Below, piece by piece: positions 46,254-56,561 of a stretch of 64,000 nt of DNA. The notes beneath the pieces were generated by a model. The model was not told the DNA's origin and searched no databases. It saw only the letters and a program-made list of their open reading frames with translations. The position numbers and the translations under genes were made by a program. This DNA is from an uncultured Mycoplasmatota bacterium (lineage in GTDB: Bacteria > Bacillota_I > Bacilli_A > RF39 > UBA660), in the NCBI GenBank assembly GCA_900545005.1, contig UQXO01000004.1, positions 13,661-77,660 of the forward strand, in the 5' to 3' direction. Position 1 is the first letter of the stretch. Every line of letters begins with the position of its first letter.

Positions 46254-48427
46254 TAATTTTTAACTCTTTCTATTCTAATAACATATTTTTCCATATTTAA
46301 AGCATTAATTAAATTATCTAACTCTTGGGTATTTTTTATCTTCAAAGTAAGCTTATATTTGGTTAAAGTTTCTTCTTCCTTACTACTTACTGCCTCAATA
46401 TAAATATCTTTTTCTTTGGCAAGACTTACAATATCATAAAGATAATTTTTATTATTAATCGTACTTATTAAGATATCCGTAAAATAATAAGTCTCATTAG
46501 TATTATTCCAAGATACCTCAATTAGTCTATTAGTATTAGAAACATTAGGGCAATCACTCTTATGGACAGTAATTCCCTCACCCTTAGTAATATAGCCCAC
46601 AATTTTATCCCCTTTAATTGGTTTACAACATTTAGCAATATTTACTTTAATATCCCCACTACCAGCGACAATAATATCACTTTTATAATTGATATTCTCA
46701 CTCTTATGACCAATCTTTTCAATTAATATATCATGAACATCTTTCTTATCTTCATAAGCCATATTAATTATATAAGTTGGTGTAAATCTTAAGGAACCAA
46801 CAGATAAATAAATATCTTCAAGATTATCTAACTTTAAATCATGACAAACTTTTTCTACTCTTTCATTTGCTAAAACATCACTGATAGTTAACTTCTTACG
46901 GCGGATTTCCTTTTCTAATAAATCTTGTCCTCTTTTAATATACTCTTCTCGATCAATCTTTGAAAAATAAGACTTAATTTTATTTTTAGCCTGACTAGTC
47001 TTAACAATATTTAGCCATTCTTTCGAAGGCGTACTATCTTTACTAGTCTTAATAGATACTATATCCCCATCTTCTAAAGGCTTATTTAAAGGAACCATTA
47101 CATCATTAACTATTGCTCCTACACAAGTATCACCAACTTTCGAGTGAATACGATAAGCAAAGTCAATCGGAGTTGAATTAATTGGTAACTCTACAACATC
47201 TCCCTTAGGAGTAAAACAATAAATCATCCTACTTAAGGCTTCTTCATTGATTTCTTTTTTTAATTCACTATTACTTAAATCATCCCCATGTTGTTCGATT
47301 AAGTTTCTAAACATCTCTAACTTTTGTTCAAAAACATTAACCACACCCCCTTTGGAATGTTCTTTATAAGACCAGTGACTGGCAATACCCTTTTCTGCAA
47401 TCTCATCCATCTCCGTCGTTCTTATCTGAACCTCATAAACATAACCATGAGGCCCAAAAATAGAAGTATGCAAAGATTGATACATATTCTCCTTCGGCAT
47501 CGCAATATAGTCCTTAAAGCGTTTAGGAAGCGGTCTAAACTTAGCATGAATTAGCCCAATTGCTAAATAACAATCACTAACAGTATCAACAATAATTCTT
47601 AAAGCTAAAATATCATAGATTTCATTCCATTTTTTACCCTTAGCCATCTTCTCATAGATACTATGAACACTTTTAACTCGAGATTTAATATGAAAATGAA
47701 TATTATTTTCATTCATAATCTCAACAAGTTCCTCTTTCATCAGCTCTAACTCTTCATTTAGTTTAGTGCTCTCATTATTTAATTTTTCCTCAATATCCCG
47801 ATAAACATCTGGTTTCGTATAATATAAAGATAAATCCTCTAATTCCGCTTTAATTTGATTAATTCCTAATCGATGGGCAATAGGAATAAGAACCGAAATA
47901 GTCTCATTAGCTTTTGCTTTTTGAGCTTCTGGATCCAAAGCCCAGATAGTTCGCATATTATGTAATCTATCAGCTAATTTAACAAATAAAACTCTAACAT
48001 CTGAAGAAAGTCCTACTAAAACTTTTCTTAAATTAATCGCACTAACTTCTTTATCATCACTTAAGGCTAATTTATTAATTTTAGAAATGCTATTAACAAT
48101 CCCCGCAATCTCACTGCCGAAAACTTTTTCAACTTCTTCAATAGAAGCCCCGCCATGATTAACTACTTCATGTAAAAGCGCCGAAGAAATCGTTATATAA
48201 TCAGCATTCAAAGAAGTTAAAATATAGGCAACATTAACGGGATGACTAATATAATCATCTCCACTCTTACGCTTCTTGCCCTTATGATGTTCCCAAGCAA
48301 ATTGATAAGCATCATTAATGACTTTTAATTCTTCTTCCTTAGTAATGTAAGTCTTAAGCTTATCTAATAACTCTTCATAAGTTACTTCTTGATACTTTTT
48401 TTCTCTTCCTGTGTCCATTCTTTTCAC
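46253..48427 (-). CDS. relA: Bifunctional (p)ppGpp synthetase/hydrolase RelA/SpoT homolog
   Basis: The HD domain carries HPVNVAYIL...LHEVV. The synthetase domain carries YQSLHTSI. TGS and ACT regions are present. The protein is 724 aa. Confidence 0.95.
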   Translation of the reverse strand: MKRMDTGREKKYQEVTYEELLDKLKTYITKEEELKVINDAYQFAWEHHKGKKRKSGDDYISHPVNVAYILTSLNADYITISSALLHEVVNHGGASIEEVEKVFGSEIAGIVNSISKINKLALSDDKEVSAINLRKVLVGLSSDVRVLFVKLADRLHNMRTIWALDPEAQKAKANETISVLIPIAHRLGINQIKAELEDLSLYYTKPDVYRDIEEKLNNESTKLNEELELMKEELVEIMNENNIHFHIKSRVKSVHSIYEKMAKGKKWNEIYDILALRIIVDTVSDCYLAIGLIHAKFRPLPKRFKDYIAMPKENMYQSLHTSIFGPHGYVYEVQIRTTEMDEIAEKGIASHWSYKEHSKGGVVNVFEQKLEMFRNLIEQHGDDLSNSELKKEINEEALSRMIYCFTPKGDVVELPINSTPIDFAYRIHSKVGDTCVGAIVNDVMVPLNKPLEDGDIVSIKTSKDSTPSKEWLNIVKTSQAKNKIKSYFSKIDREEYIKRGQDLLEKEIRRKKLTISDVLANERVEKVCHDLKLDNLEDIYLSVGSLRFTPTYIINMAYEDKKDVHDILIEKIGHKSENINYKSDIIVAGSGDIKVNIAKCCKPIKGDKIVGYITKGEGITVHKSDCPNVSNTNRLIEVSWNNTNETYYFTDILISTINNKNYLYDIVSLAKEKDIYIEAVSSKEEETLTKYKLTLKIKNTQELDNLINALNMEKYVIRIERVKN

Positions 48428-48595
48428 TCCTCATCTTCATCTTTCCAAGCCAACCTGTTTAATTAATCGCTAATTTTTTCTTTCGGTTACTAACTATACT
48501 ACATATAATTTTAAAAGTAATCGTCTAAAAAGTGCCAATTGCCTTTTTTTAATTTTCTTATCTAAATCTAAGTCTAATTTTATTCTTATTTAGTC

Positions 48596-48847
48596 TTAAT
48601 GACTATTTCTCATCTTACTAACAACATAGTTAGAGAAGATTTCATTATCCGTATTTAAAATATCATCCACAATATTATATAAAGTCAAATTACTTTTTAA
48701 AGGCCAAACCATATTTCTTAAATACTCAAAGATATCATCCTGACTAACATAATTAATATTTTTCCTTTGTAGTTCTCTAACCTTAGAATCTAAAGCCGGT
48801 TTAATATGCGCTTTTAAATCTAAAACACTACTAAATTCATAATCCAT
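48596..48847 (-). CDS. comN: ComN/YrzD-like post-transcriptional regulator family protein
   Basis: The protein is 83 aa. ...ISQDDIFEYLRNMVWP...LTLYNIVDDIL is present. It is divergent from a SpoVB-like flippase, as the yrzD-spoVB pair is in Bacillus. Confidence 0.55.
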   Translation of the reverse strand: MDYEFSSVLDLKAHIKPALDSKVRELQRKNINYVSQDDIFEYLRNMVWPLKSNLTLYNIVDDILNTDNEIFSNYVVSKMRNSH

Positions 48848-48939
48848 AACATCACTGCTGCCCTTCTTAATTATTATAAACTAAATCCCTGTAATTTTGA
48901 AGTAGAAATCTACATAATATTTATATAGGTGATACGACT

Positions 48940-50238
48940 ATGAACCAGTTTTTCTTAAGTACCTTTATTTTATGTCTAGGAGGTTTCATCGTTAAAATTT
49001 TAAGTTTTATTATTAAGATTTTATCCACAAGAACTCTTGGTACTGAAGGAATAAGTCTTTATAGTCTTATTATGCCTTTCTTTTCTCTTATGGTCACTAT
49101 CGCTGGGTTTGGAATGCCCCAAGCTATTTCCAAACTAATTGCCGAAGGTAAAAATAAAAGTAGAAAGATTATTGAACAAGGTATTATCTTTTTACTCTTT
49201 CTTAACTTTTTCATTATGATTTTAATTATCTTAAGTAGTGATTTCATTAGCACTACCCTTCTTCATGAACCCCGTTTAAAAGTCTTAATTATTGCTTCTT
49301 CCCTGGCGATGCCTAATATAGCTTTAGCTTGTACTTTAAAAGGTTACTTCTATGGTAAACAAAAAATGCTTCCCAATAATATTTCTAATTGTATTGAACA
49401 ATCTATTAGACTTTTATTTATTATCTTTATCTTACCAGATCTTATCAAGAAAAACTTAGTCCTAGGTATTATGTGTTTTCTTCTATTAAATATTGTTACC
49501 GAAACAGCTAGTATTATAACTTTTTTAATTCTTTTGCCTAAAAATACGAAGTTAAATATTACCAAAATATCTTATGATAATCTTATCTTTAAAGAACTAG
49601 TTAATACTTCCGTTCCTTTAGTCTCTAGCCGAATTATTGGTAATATTGGTTACTTCTTAGAGCCTATTATTCTTTCCAATACTTTAATTTCTATTGGTTA
49701 CTCTAGTTCTTTCTTTGTCTTTGAATATGGTATTTATAATAGTTATAGTCTAGCCCTTCTTTTGATGCCTTCTTTTCTTATTCAAGCTATCTGTACTAGT
49801 ATTATCCCTGAAGTCTCTAAATTCTATAGTGAACATAAATATAATCTCGTTAAAAAAAGAGCCAAAGAGGCTATTATTCTTTCTAGTATCATTGGTCTTT
49901 TAACTGTTATCTTTGTTACCATCTTCCGTAGTTTCCTCCTTAAATTAATCTATAATACCTCTAAAGGTGCTAACTACATCTTAAGTTTAAGTCCCTTCTT
50001 TACCTTCTATTATCTAGAAGCCCCTATCTCTAGTATCTTACAAGGTATTGGCTATGGTAAATATACTCTAAAGACCACTACTATCGGTGTTATTATTAAA
50101 CTCCTGTCTTTATTTATCTTTAGTCTTCTTCATATCGGTCTTTATGGTTTAGTAATTAGTGAAGCTATCAATATCTTCTATGTTGTTTTTCAAAATGCTA
50201 CTAAGTTAAAGACTATCTTAGATACAAAAACATCCTAA
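48940..50238 (+). CDS. spoVB: MOP-superfamily flippase (SpoVB/MurJ-like)
   Basis: It has ~12 TM helices. The N-terminal segments GGFIVKILSFIIKILSTRTLGTEGISLY and AISKLIAE are typical of SpoVB-type polysaccharide/lipid II flippases. At 432 aa it is shorter than B. subtilis SpoVB. Confidence 0.6.
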   Translation: MNQFFLSTFILCLGGFIVKILSFIIKILSTRTLGTEGISLYSLIMPFFSLMVTIAGFGMPQAISKLIAEGKNKSRKIIEQGIIFLLFLNFFIMILIILSSDFISTTLLHEPRLKVLIIASSLAMPNIALACTLKGYFYGKQKMLPNNISNCIEQSIRLLFIIFILPDLIKKNLVLGIMCFLLLNIVTETASIITFLILLPKNTKLNITKISYDNLIFKELVNTSVPLVSSRIIGNIGYFLEPIILSNTLISIGYSSSFFVFEYGIYNSYSLALLLMPSFLIQAICTSIIPEVSKFYSEHKYNLVKKRAKEAIILSSIIGLLTVIFVTIFRSFLLKLIYNTSKGANYILSLSPFFTFYYLEAPISSILQGIGYGKYTLKTTTIGVIIKLLSLFIFSLLHIGLYGLVISEAINIFYVVFQNATKLKTILDTKTS

Positions 50239-50383
50239 ATGACTTTAGGATGTTGTAGTGATATTTTGAAAAAATTTTATAAAGATTTTGGTTTTATTAT
50301 AGCTAAATGGTTTTGGTTAATCATCACTACATTCATATTATGAGGAGGATTTTTAAATTTTATACATTAATTCTTAAAAAATT

Positions 50384-51412
50384 TTATTTAATAAACATCG
50401 CATCGCCAAAAGAGAAGAAACGATACTTATCTTTAACTGCTTCTCTATAAGCATTTAGGATATGTTCTCTAGAAGATAAGGCACTAACAAGCATTACTAA
50501 AGTGGATTTTGGTAAATGGAAATTAGTTATTAAACCATCAATAGCCATAAACTTAAACCCAGGGTAAATAAAGATATCCGTATCGCCTGAACACTCTCTA
50601 AACTCTCCGTTATATTTATGGGCAACCGTTTCTAAAGTTCGACAAGAAGTCGTCCCTACACTAATAATGCGACGTTTTTCTTTTTTCGCTTTATTTAAGA
50701 TATCCGCCGTTTCTTTACTCATCATATAAAACTCGCTATGCATTTTATGATCTAAGATATTTTCTTCTTCTACTGGTCTAAAGGTTCCTAAACCAACATG
50801 CAAAGTCACATAAGTGATAATAACTCCTTTATTTTTAATTTCTTCTAGAAGTTCTTCCGTAAAATGAAGTCCTGCCGTTGGCGCCGCCGCTGACCCTTCA
50901 ATCTTAGCATAAACCGTATTATATCTAGTTTTATCTTTTAATTTCTCATGAATATAAGGTGGCAACGGCATCTCACCTAATTTATCTAAAATCTCATAGA
51001 AAATCCCTTCATAGATAAATTCAACATGAACTATTCCCTCTCCTTTAATTTCTAAGACTTTAGCTCGTAATAACCCTTCTCCAAAACTAACTATAGTTCC
51101 TACATGTAATCTTTTCTGTGGTCTAGCTAAACACTCATATTCTTTATTTCCTAAATCATTTAAAAGTAATAACTCAATATGAGCTTTCGTATCTTCTTTT
51201 TCTCCAATCAAACGAGCCGGAATAACTTTCGTATTATTAAGAACTAAAACATCTCCTGGATTTAAATACTCAGTAATATTTTTAAATACTTCATGTGTAA
51301 GTTTCCCTGTCTTTTTATCCATTACTAAAAGACGAGAATCAGAACGTTTCTCTAACGGTGTTTGAGCAATTAACTCCTTTGGTAAATCATAATCAAAATC
51401 ATTTATATTCAT
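50384..51412 (-). CDS. queA: S-adenosylmethionine:tRNA ribosyltransferase-isomerase
   Basis: [32 protein letters not shown] and SFGDAMFI are present. Confidence 0.95.
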   Translation of the reverse strand: MNINDFDYDLPKELIAQTPLEKRSDSRLLVMDKKTGKLTHEVFKNITEYLNPGDVLVLNNTKVIPARLIGEKEDTKAHIELLLLNDLGNKEYECLARPQKRLHVGTIVSFGEGLLRAKVLEIKGEGIVHVEFIYEGIFYEILDKLGEMPLPPYIHEKLKDKTRYNTVYAKIEGSAAAPTAGLHFTEELLEEIKNKGVIITYVTLHVGLGTFRPVEEENILDHKMHSEFYMMSKETADILNKAKKEKRRIISVGTTSCRTLETVAHKYNGEFRECSGDTDIFIYPGFKFMAIDGLITNFHLPKSTLVMLVSALSSREHILNAYREAVKDKYRFFSFGDAMFIK

Positions 51413-51483
51413 CTTGTTAACACTCTTTCTATTTTTTCTGTCTCATTGATGATACTCTAATTTTTTCTAAAAATCAAGCTTAT

Positions 51484-53271
51484 TTATTCATTTTTACTAT
51501 TCTTATCATCCAGATAATCATTTAAATATTCTAATAATATCTCAGCTGTTTTCTCTGGTATTATAAGACTTAACTCTTTCTTAGACAGTTTAGCTATATT
51601 CTTAAGACTTCCATACTTCTTAATAAGTTCTTTCTTTCTCTTAGGACCTATCCCCGAAACATTATCAAGAATACTACTAATTGATCCCTTTGAACGTATA
51701 GTTCTATGATAATTAATAGTAAAACGGTGAACCTCATCTTGCATTCTTGTTAGGTAATGAAAGAGATTAGAAGTCATATCAATCTTTATTTCTTTAAGAT
51801 TACTATCTACTAAAACATTAGTCCTATGATGATTATCTTTCTTTAGTCCTACTACTCTAATAGAAAGTCCTAAGTCTTCTAACATCCCTTGAGCAGCCTT
51901 AATCTGAGTCTCTCCCCCATCGGTAATAATTAAATCCGGTAAGACACTACCTTCTATTAAAGCCCTATTATATCTTCTATAGATTACTTCCTGCATCGTA
52001 TGATAATCATCATTCTTATCTACTTGAATTTTATATTTCCGATACTCACTCTTCTTTGGTTTCCCATTTATAAATACTACCATCCCCGAAACTGCAAAAG
52101 TCCCAAAAAGATTAGAATTATCAAAAATATCTATTCTCGTAATATGAGGCATATCTAAGACAAAGGCTAACTCCTCATTAGCATTGGTAGTTCTGGCCTC
52201 ATCGGCCTCTATTAGTTTAAACTCATTCTCAAAATTAATCTTCGCATTAGTTAAAACCATCGTTAGAAGTTCTCTCTTAATTCCCTTTTCTGGGGTAATA
52301 AACTTCGTATTTAAAGTCTTACTAAGTAACTCTTTATCCAAACTCATAGGAATTAATACTTCCTTAGGAATCTCATTTCTTAAGTAAAAATTAGCTATAA
52401 AAGACTCTATATCATCTTTAGAATCTATGGCTAATATGTTATTCTTATTCCCTAAAAGCTTCCCATTCCTAAGAAAAAACCATGTAATTGAAGTATACCC
52501 ATTCCTTGTATAATAATTAATAATATCTCTATTAGCTAAATCATGTAAATCGACTTTCTGTTTCTCTGTAATATAATCTATATACTCTAACTCCTTCTTT
52601 AAATCTAACGCCATCTCAAAATTTAACTGTTTACTATAGATATTTATCTTCTCTAAAATCTTCTTTCTTAAGACCTCACTATTCCCCCGCAAAAAAGATA
52701 ATATCTCACTTTCCATCTCTTTAAGTTTCTCTTGGTCTAAAGACTTACTACAATACCCTAAACACTCATGAATATGATAATATAAACAAACTTCTTTAGG
52801 TAACCCCTCACACTTCTTCAAAGGATATAACCTATTAATAAGATTTACTATTCTCCTCGCCGCATAAGCATTCGGATAAGGTCCAAATAAATATCTATTA
52901 TCTTTCTTTTTAATATTTAAATATCTAGATATTTTAAGGCGAGGATAAGGATACTTTATATACTCTATATAAGGATAACTCTTATCATCCCTAAGCATAA
53001 TATTATATTTAGGATTATACTTCTTAATAAGATTAATCTCTATTAGAAAAGCCTCCGTCTCACTAGTAGCCACTATATACTTAAAATCTTTAATATTCTC
53101 TACTAGCTTTTTAGTCTTCCCTGTTTGTTCTCTGTTAAAATAAGATGCTAATCTCCTATGTAAATTCTTAGCTTTCCCTACATAAATGATTGTCCCCTTA
53201 TCATCTAACATCTGATAAGATCCCGGAAGATTAGGTACTAAATGTAACTTTTCTTTAATTAAATTCTCCAT
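51484..53271 (-). CDS. uvrC: Excinuclease ABC subunit C
   Basis: The GIY-YIG domain carries PGSYQMLDDKGTIIYVGKAKNL. The UvrBC motif and the C-terminal (HhH)2 motif GIGPKRKKELIKKYGS are present. Confidence 0.95.
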   Translation of the reverse strand: MENLIKEKLHLVPNLPGSYQMLDDKGTIIYVGKAKNLHRRLASYFNREQTGKTKKLVENIKDFKYIVATSETEAFLIEINLIKKYNPKYNIMLRDDKSYPYIEYIKYPYPRLKISRYLNIKKKDNRYLFGPYPNAYAARRIVNLINRLYPLKKCEGLPKEVCLYYHIHECLGYCSKSLDQEKLKEMESEILSFLRGNSEVLRKKILEKINIYSKQLNFEMALDLKKELEYIDYITEKQKVDLHDLANRDIINYYTRNGYTSITWFFLRNGKLLGNKNNILAIDSKDDIESFIANFYLRNEIPKEVLIPMSLDKELLSKTLNTKFITPEKGIKRELLTMVLTNAKINFENEFKLIEADEARTTNANEELAFVLDMPHITRIDIFDNSNLFGTFAVSGMVVFINGKPKKSEYRKYKIQVDKNDDYHTMQEVIYRRYNRALIEGSVLPDLIITDGGETQIKAAQGMLEDLGLSIRVVGLKKDNHHRTNVLVDSNLKEIKIDMTSNLFHYLTRMQDEVHRFTINYHRTIRSKGSISSILDNVSGIGPKRKKELIKKYGSLKNIAKLSKKELSLIIPEKTAEILLEYLNDYLDDKNSKNE

Positions 53272-53343
53272 ATCTCATGCCTTTCTCTTCTAAATTATAG
53301 TGTATTTTCTCTAAATTTGCTATAATTATTATAGGTGTTTTCT

Positions 53344-53706
53344 ATGAAACTTATTAATTCTAATGAAATAATTATTAAAAAATCTCGTTTCTTAGGCTTT
53401 TACTATGAACTAGATACTCCCGAAGAAGTCCCTCTTATCTTATCTTCTTTAAGAAAAACTAATAAAAAAGCTAAACATTTCCCTTATGCTTATATAATCC
53501 AAGGAACAGCTAAAAAAAGTGATGATAAAGAACCAAACGGTACCGCCGGTCTTCCCATTTATACCGTCTTAGAACGTAAAAAGCTAAATAACGCTCTTAT
53601 CGTTGTTATTAGGTATTTTGGAGGTATAAAACTAGGAGCCGGAGGCTTATTCCGTGCTTATATGGAAACTGCTAGTAAAGTAGTTAATCCCTCAAAAAAA
53701 TCATAA
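53344..53706 (+). CDS. yigZ: IMPACT/YigZ family N-terminal (UPF0029) domain protein lacking the usual C-terminal domain
   Basis: IIIKKSRFLGF, DDKEPNGTAGLPI and VVIRYFGGIKLGAGGL are present. It is only ~120 aa. The hairpin tcataac...gttatga plus a T-run overlaps the stop. Confidence 0.7.
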   Translation: MKLINSNEIIIKKSRFLGFYYELDTPEEVPLILSSLRKTNKKAKHFPYAYIIQGTAKKSDDKEPNGTAGLPIYTVLERKKLNNALIVVIRYFGGIKLGAGGLFRAYMETASKVVNPSKKS

Positions 53707-53908
53707 CTTCTTGTTATGACTTTTTAACTTTGAAATTTTCCCGATTTTGGCAGAGGGCTTTTCGCCCTCTAAAAGCCCCTTCGAGGACTAGCCCATCGAT
53801 TTTCTCTTCCTTGTACTTACTATCGTTTTCATTTTTCTCTTCTTTATTTTTCTGCTGGGCCAAGCTTCTCTAAGAGCCAAGCAAACGGCCCTTTATTCCG
53901 TATTTACT

Positions 53909-55507
53909 TTACTGCATTTTCAAAGTATACGGATTCGAACTCTCGCCTGTACCTTTATCCAGCAGGATACTAGATTTCAGAAAAAGGGTTGGACGGATGA
54001 CAGCATTAAGAGAATTTGAAGCATAATCAGGGCGCACACTGCCGAAAGAGTACACGGTAAACACTCTCTCAGCATCAACCGGATATGGCATCATTGTCGA
54101 TTGATCAGCATTTGAGTTATATAAATAATCATTTCCTTTACAATCGCTAAAATCGGAAGCTTCCCAATTATAAAGTTCCTTTGCTAGACAAGCTGCTCTA
54201 TCTTTTGAAGACCCGCCACTAGTTGCATAACCATAATCACTTGGATACATTAAACCAATTTTACCGGTCCAAGTAGTAGCATGACCACTATAAACGGTGG
54301 TTCCTCTTTCATATATATAGGAATCACTTGGAAGAAAGTTATTCTCCCCATTATCATCATATCCACCTAAATTCCACATAACTTCTTCGATGGCATTTCT
54401 TGTTGTATCATTTTTTAAGCCATCAGAAGAGAAATCTACTTCCGTACAACTAAATGATTCCCCACCACCAATCGCAGCTGGTGAACAACCTTTGGTGCCA
54501 TTATAATAAGAACCCATTTTACTATATAATTGTTGACTTCCTAAGGAGATTATATCACTAGAATTAGTGTATCCGGATTTTAAATAGTTAGTAGGATTTA
54601 ACATCATCATAAGTTGAGAATCACTCCAGTCATTCGAACCATCATCACTAGTAGATGTTCCTACCCCGTTCTTTTTATAATCCCAAGAATAGTTACCTAA
54701 AGAATCAGCTCTTATAATCTTAACTAAATTTTCTTTTGTTCCATCTCCCTTAGTTACATTATTAAAGACCCCAATAATACGCCATAATTCGCAAGTATCA
54801 GCTGTTGGATTAGAATAATCACTACAGTTAAAATATACATAGTTACTTGGGTCTTTACCAATATATCTTACATTATTATCCGCATCATCAGTAGCTAAAT
54901 TAACAGTATCTTTTGTAGCTAAATTAGCAATATAACTATTTACAGGACCTTTTTCATTAGAAGGTACCCCTTTAATAATTATCTTAGACTTTAAGACTTT
55001 AGTTTCATTATTTAAATCATCTAAAGTAGTATTATAATCAATCCATAATCTAATAGAATATTCTTTAGTATTATTCTTAAACAAAGTGCCAGTATCAAGT
55101 ACCCTCGATTCAATACTAGTAGTATTGACAACATCAGTAGTAGTTAAACCATTTAACAACTTGGGTTCATTATTATTAACCATAACCTTTAAATAATCAC
55201 TAGCTAAAGTAGTCCCCTTAAGACTTTCTAAACTAACTGTATAAGCAGCCGCCATATCACAAACATTTTTGATACTAAAGGTAAAAGGGGTTAGTGTTTT
55301 ACCTTTGGCATCTGTTATGGGATAAGCGTTATCTAATTTAATTGCATTACTTTGATTAGCTAATGTAATATCAAAACAATCAGTAGTAGAAATAACATTA
55401 TCCGTATCTTGACTTACTCTCATATTCCACATGGAATAAGATAAGCCTATTCCCAATAAGATTAACAAACATATTGATACCCCAACAAACATAATATTCT
55501 TTTTCAT
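53909..55507 (-). CDS. Membrane-anchored extracellular protein, paralog of 2769..4424 (lectin-like C-terminus)
   Basis: It has an N-terminal anchor (IMFVGVSICLLILLGIGLSY). Blocks shared with the paralog include PV..(Y/V)IA.L.T, SNYVYF...WRII, GKIGLMYPSDY versus YPIGLITTDE, and AVIRPTLFL...GTGESSNPY versus GGVRPVLNL...GDGSMNNPY. Confidence 0.65.
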   Translation of the reverse strand: MKKNIMFVGVSICLLILLGIGLSYSMWNMRVSQDTDNVISTTDCFDITLANQSNAIKLDNAYPITDAKGKTLTPFTFSIKNVCDMAAAYTVSLESLKGTTLASDYLKVMVNNNEPKLLNGLTTTDVVNTTSIESRVLDTGTLFKNNTKEYSIRLWIDYNTTLDDLNNETKVLKSKIIIKGVPSNEKGPVNSYIANLATKDTVNLATDDADNNVRYIGKDPSNYVYFNCSDYSNPTADTCELWRIIGVFNNVTKGDGTKENLVKIIRADSLGNYSWDYKKNGVGTSTSDDGSNDWSDSQLMMMLNPTNYLKSGYTNSSDIISLGSQQLYSKMGSYYNGTKGCSPAAIGGGESFSCTEVDFSSDGLKNDTTRNAIEEVMWNLGGYDDNGENNFLPSDSYIYERGTTVYSGHATTWTGKIGLMYPSDYGYATSGGSSKDRAACLAKELYNWEASDFSDCKGNDYLYNSNADQSTMMPYPVDAERVFTVYSFGSVRPDYASNSLNAVIRPTLFLKSSILLDKGTGESSNPYTLKMQ

Positions 55508-55632
55508 AACAAATCCTTTACCTAAATTAATGAATTATAAACTTTATTCAAAGCACTTATAACCCCTATTTATTATTTCCAATATAATGATACCACAATT
55601 TTTACTTATTTAAAACCCAATTTTTAATCAAA

Positions 55633-55659
55633 TTAAAAATAGTGGTTTTCCCACTATTT
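55633..55659 (-). terminator. Terminator after tsf
   Basis: The minus-strand hairpin aaatagtgg-gaaaa-ccactattt is followed by a T-run. Confidence 0.7.
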
Positions 55660-55660
55660 C

Positions 55661-56539
55661 TTAGTTAGTCCCTTTTACTTGACTCATAACTTCTTCAGCA
55701 AAGTTTTCAACCTTTTTTTCAATACCTTCGCCAACTTCATAACGAATCATCATAACAAGTTCACAATTATTATTCTTTAAATATGTCTTAACATCAACAT
55801 CTCCATCTTTAATGAATTCTTGATCAACAAGGCAAATTTCTTTAAAGAATTTCTTTAGTCTACCGGCAACCATTTTCTCAGCAATTTCCGCTGGTTTACC
55901 CTCTTTCATTGCCTCTTCTTTTAAAACTTCTTTTTCTTTAGATACTCTCTCTTCCGGAACATCAGTTTCAAAAGTATATTCTGGTTTCATAGCAGCAGCT
56001 TGCATTGCTACATCCTTAGCAACTTCTTCATTTTGACCTTTAATTACCGTTAAAGCAGCAATCTTACCACCCATATGTAAATAACTACCAAAAACTTCAT
56101 CATCAGTCTTAGTAACAACTTCTAATCTTCTTAGAGATAACTTCTCTCCAATCTTAGCTGTCATTGCTACAACATAATCACTAATAGTTTGCCCATTAAC
56201 TTCTAAAGAATTAGCCTCTTCTACCGTCTTAGCATCACTATTTAATACAACCTCACCAATACTAGCAACCATTTTCTTAAAGTCTTCATTTTGAGCAACA
56301 AAATCAGTCTCAGAATTAACTTCTAAAATAACTGCTTTATTACCACTAACATAGATATTAGCAAGACCTTCAGCTGCAATTCTAGATTCCTTCTTAGCAG
56401 CCTTAGCAATACCTTTTTCTCTTAGCCAATCAATAGCCGCATCAATATTACCATTAGTAGCCTCTAAAGCCTTCTTACAATCTAAGATACCTAAGTTAGT
56501 AGCATCTCTTAATTCTTTTACTAATTGTGCAGTAACCAT
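55661..56539 (-). CDS. tsf: Elongation factor Ts
   Basis: AQLVKELRDATNLGILDCKKALEATNGNIDAAIDWLREKG is present. The protein is 292 aa. Confidence 0.95.
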   Translation of the reverse strand: MVTAQLVKELRDATNLGILDCKKALEATNGNIDAAIDWLREKGIAKAAKKESRIAAEGLANIYVSGNKAVILEVNSETDFVAQNEDFKKMVASIGEVVLNSDAKTVEEANSLEVNGQTISDYVVAMTAKIGEKLSLRRLEVVTKTDDEVFGSYLHMGGKIAALTVIKGQNEEVAKDVAMQAAAMKPEYTFETDVPEERVSKEKEVLKEEAMKEGKPAEIAEKMVAGRLKKFFKEICLVDQEFIKDGDVDVKTYLKNNNCELVMMIRYEVGEGIEKKVENFAEEVMSQVKGTN

Positions 56540-56561
56540 AAATTTCTCCTTATATTTAATC

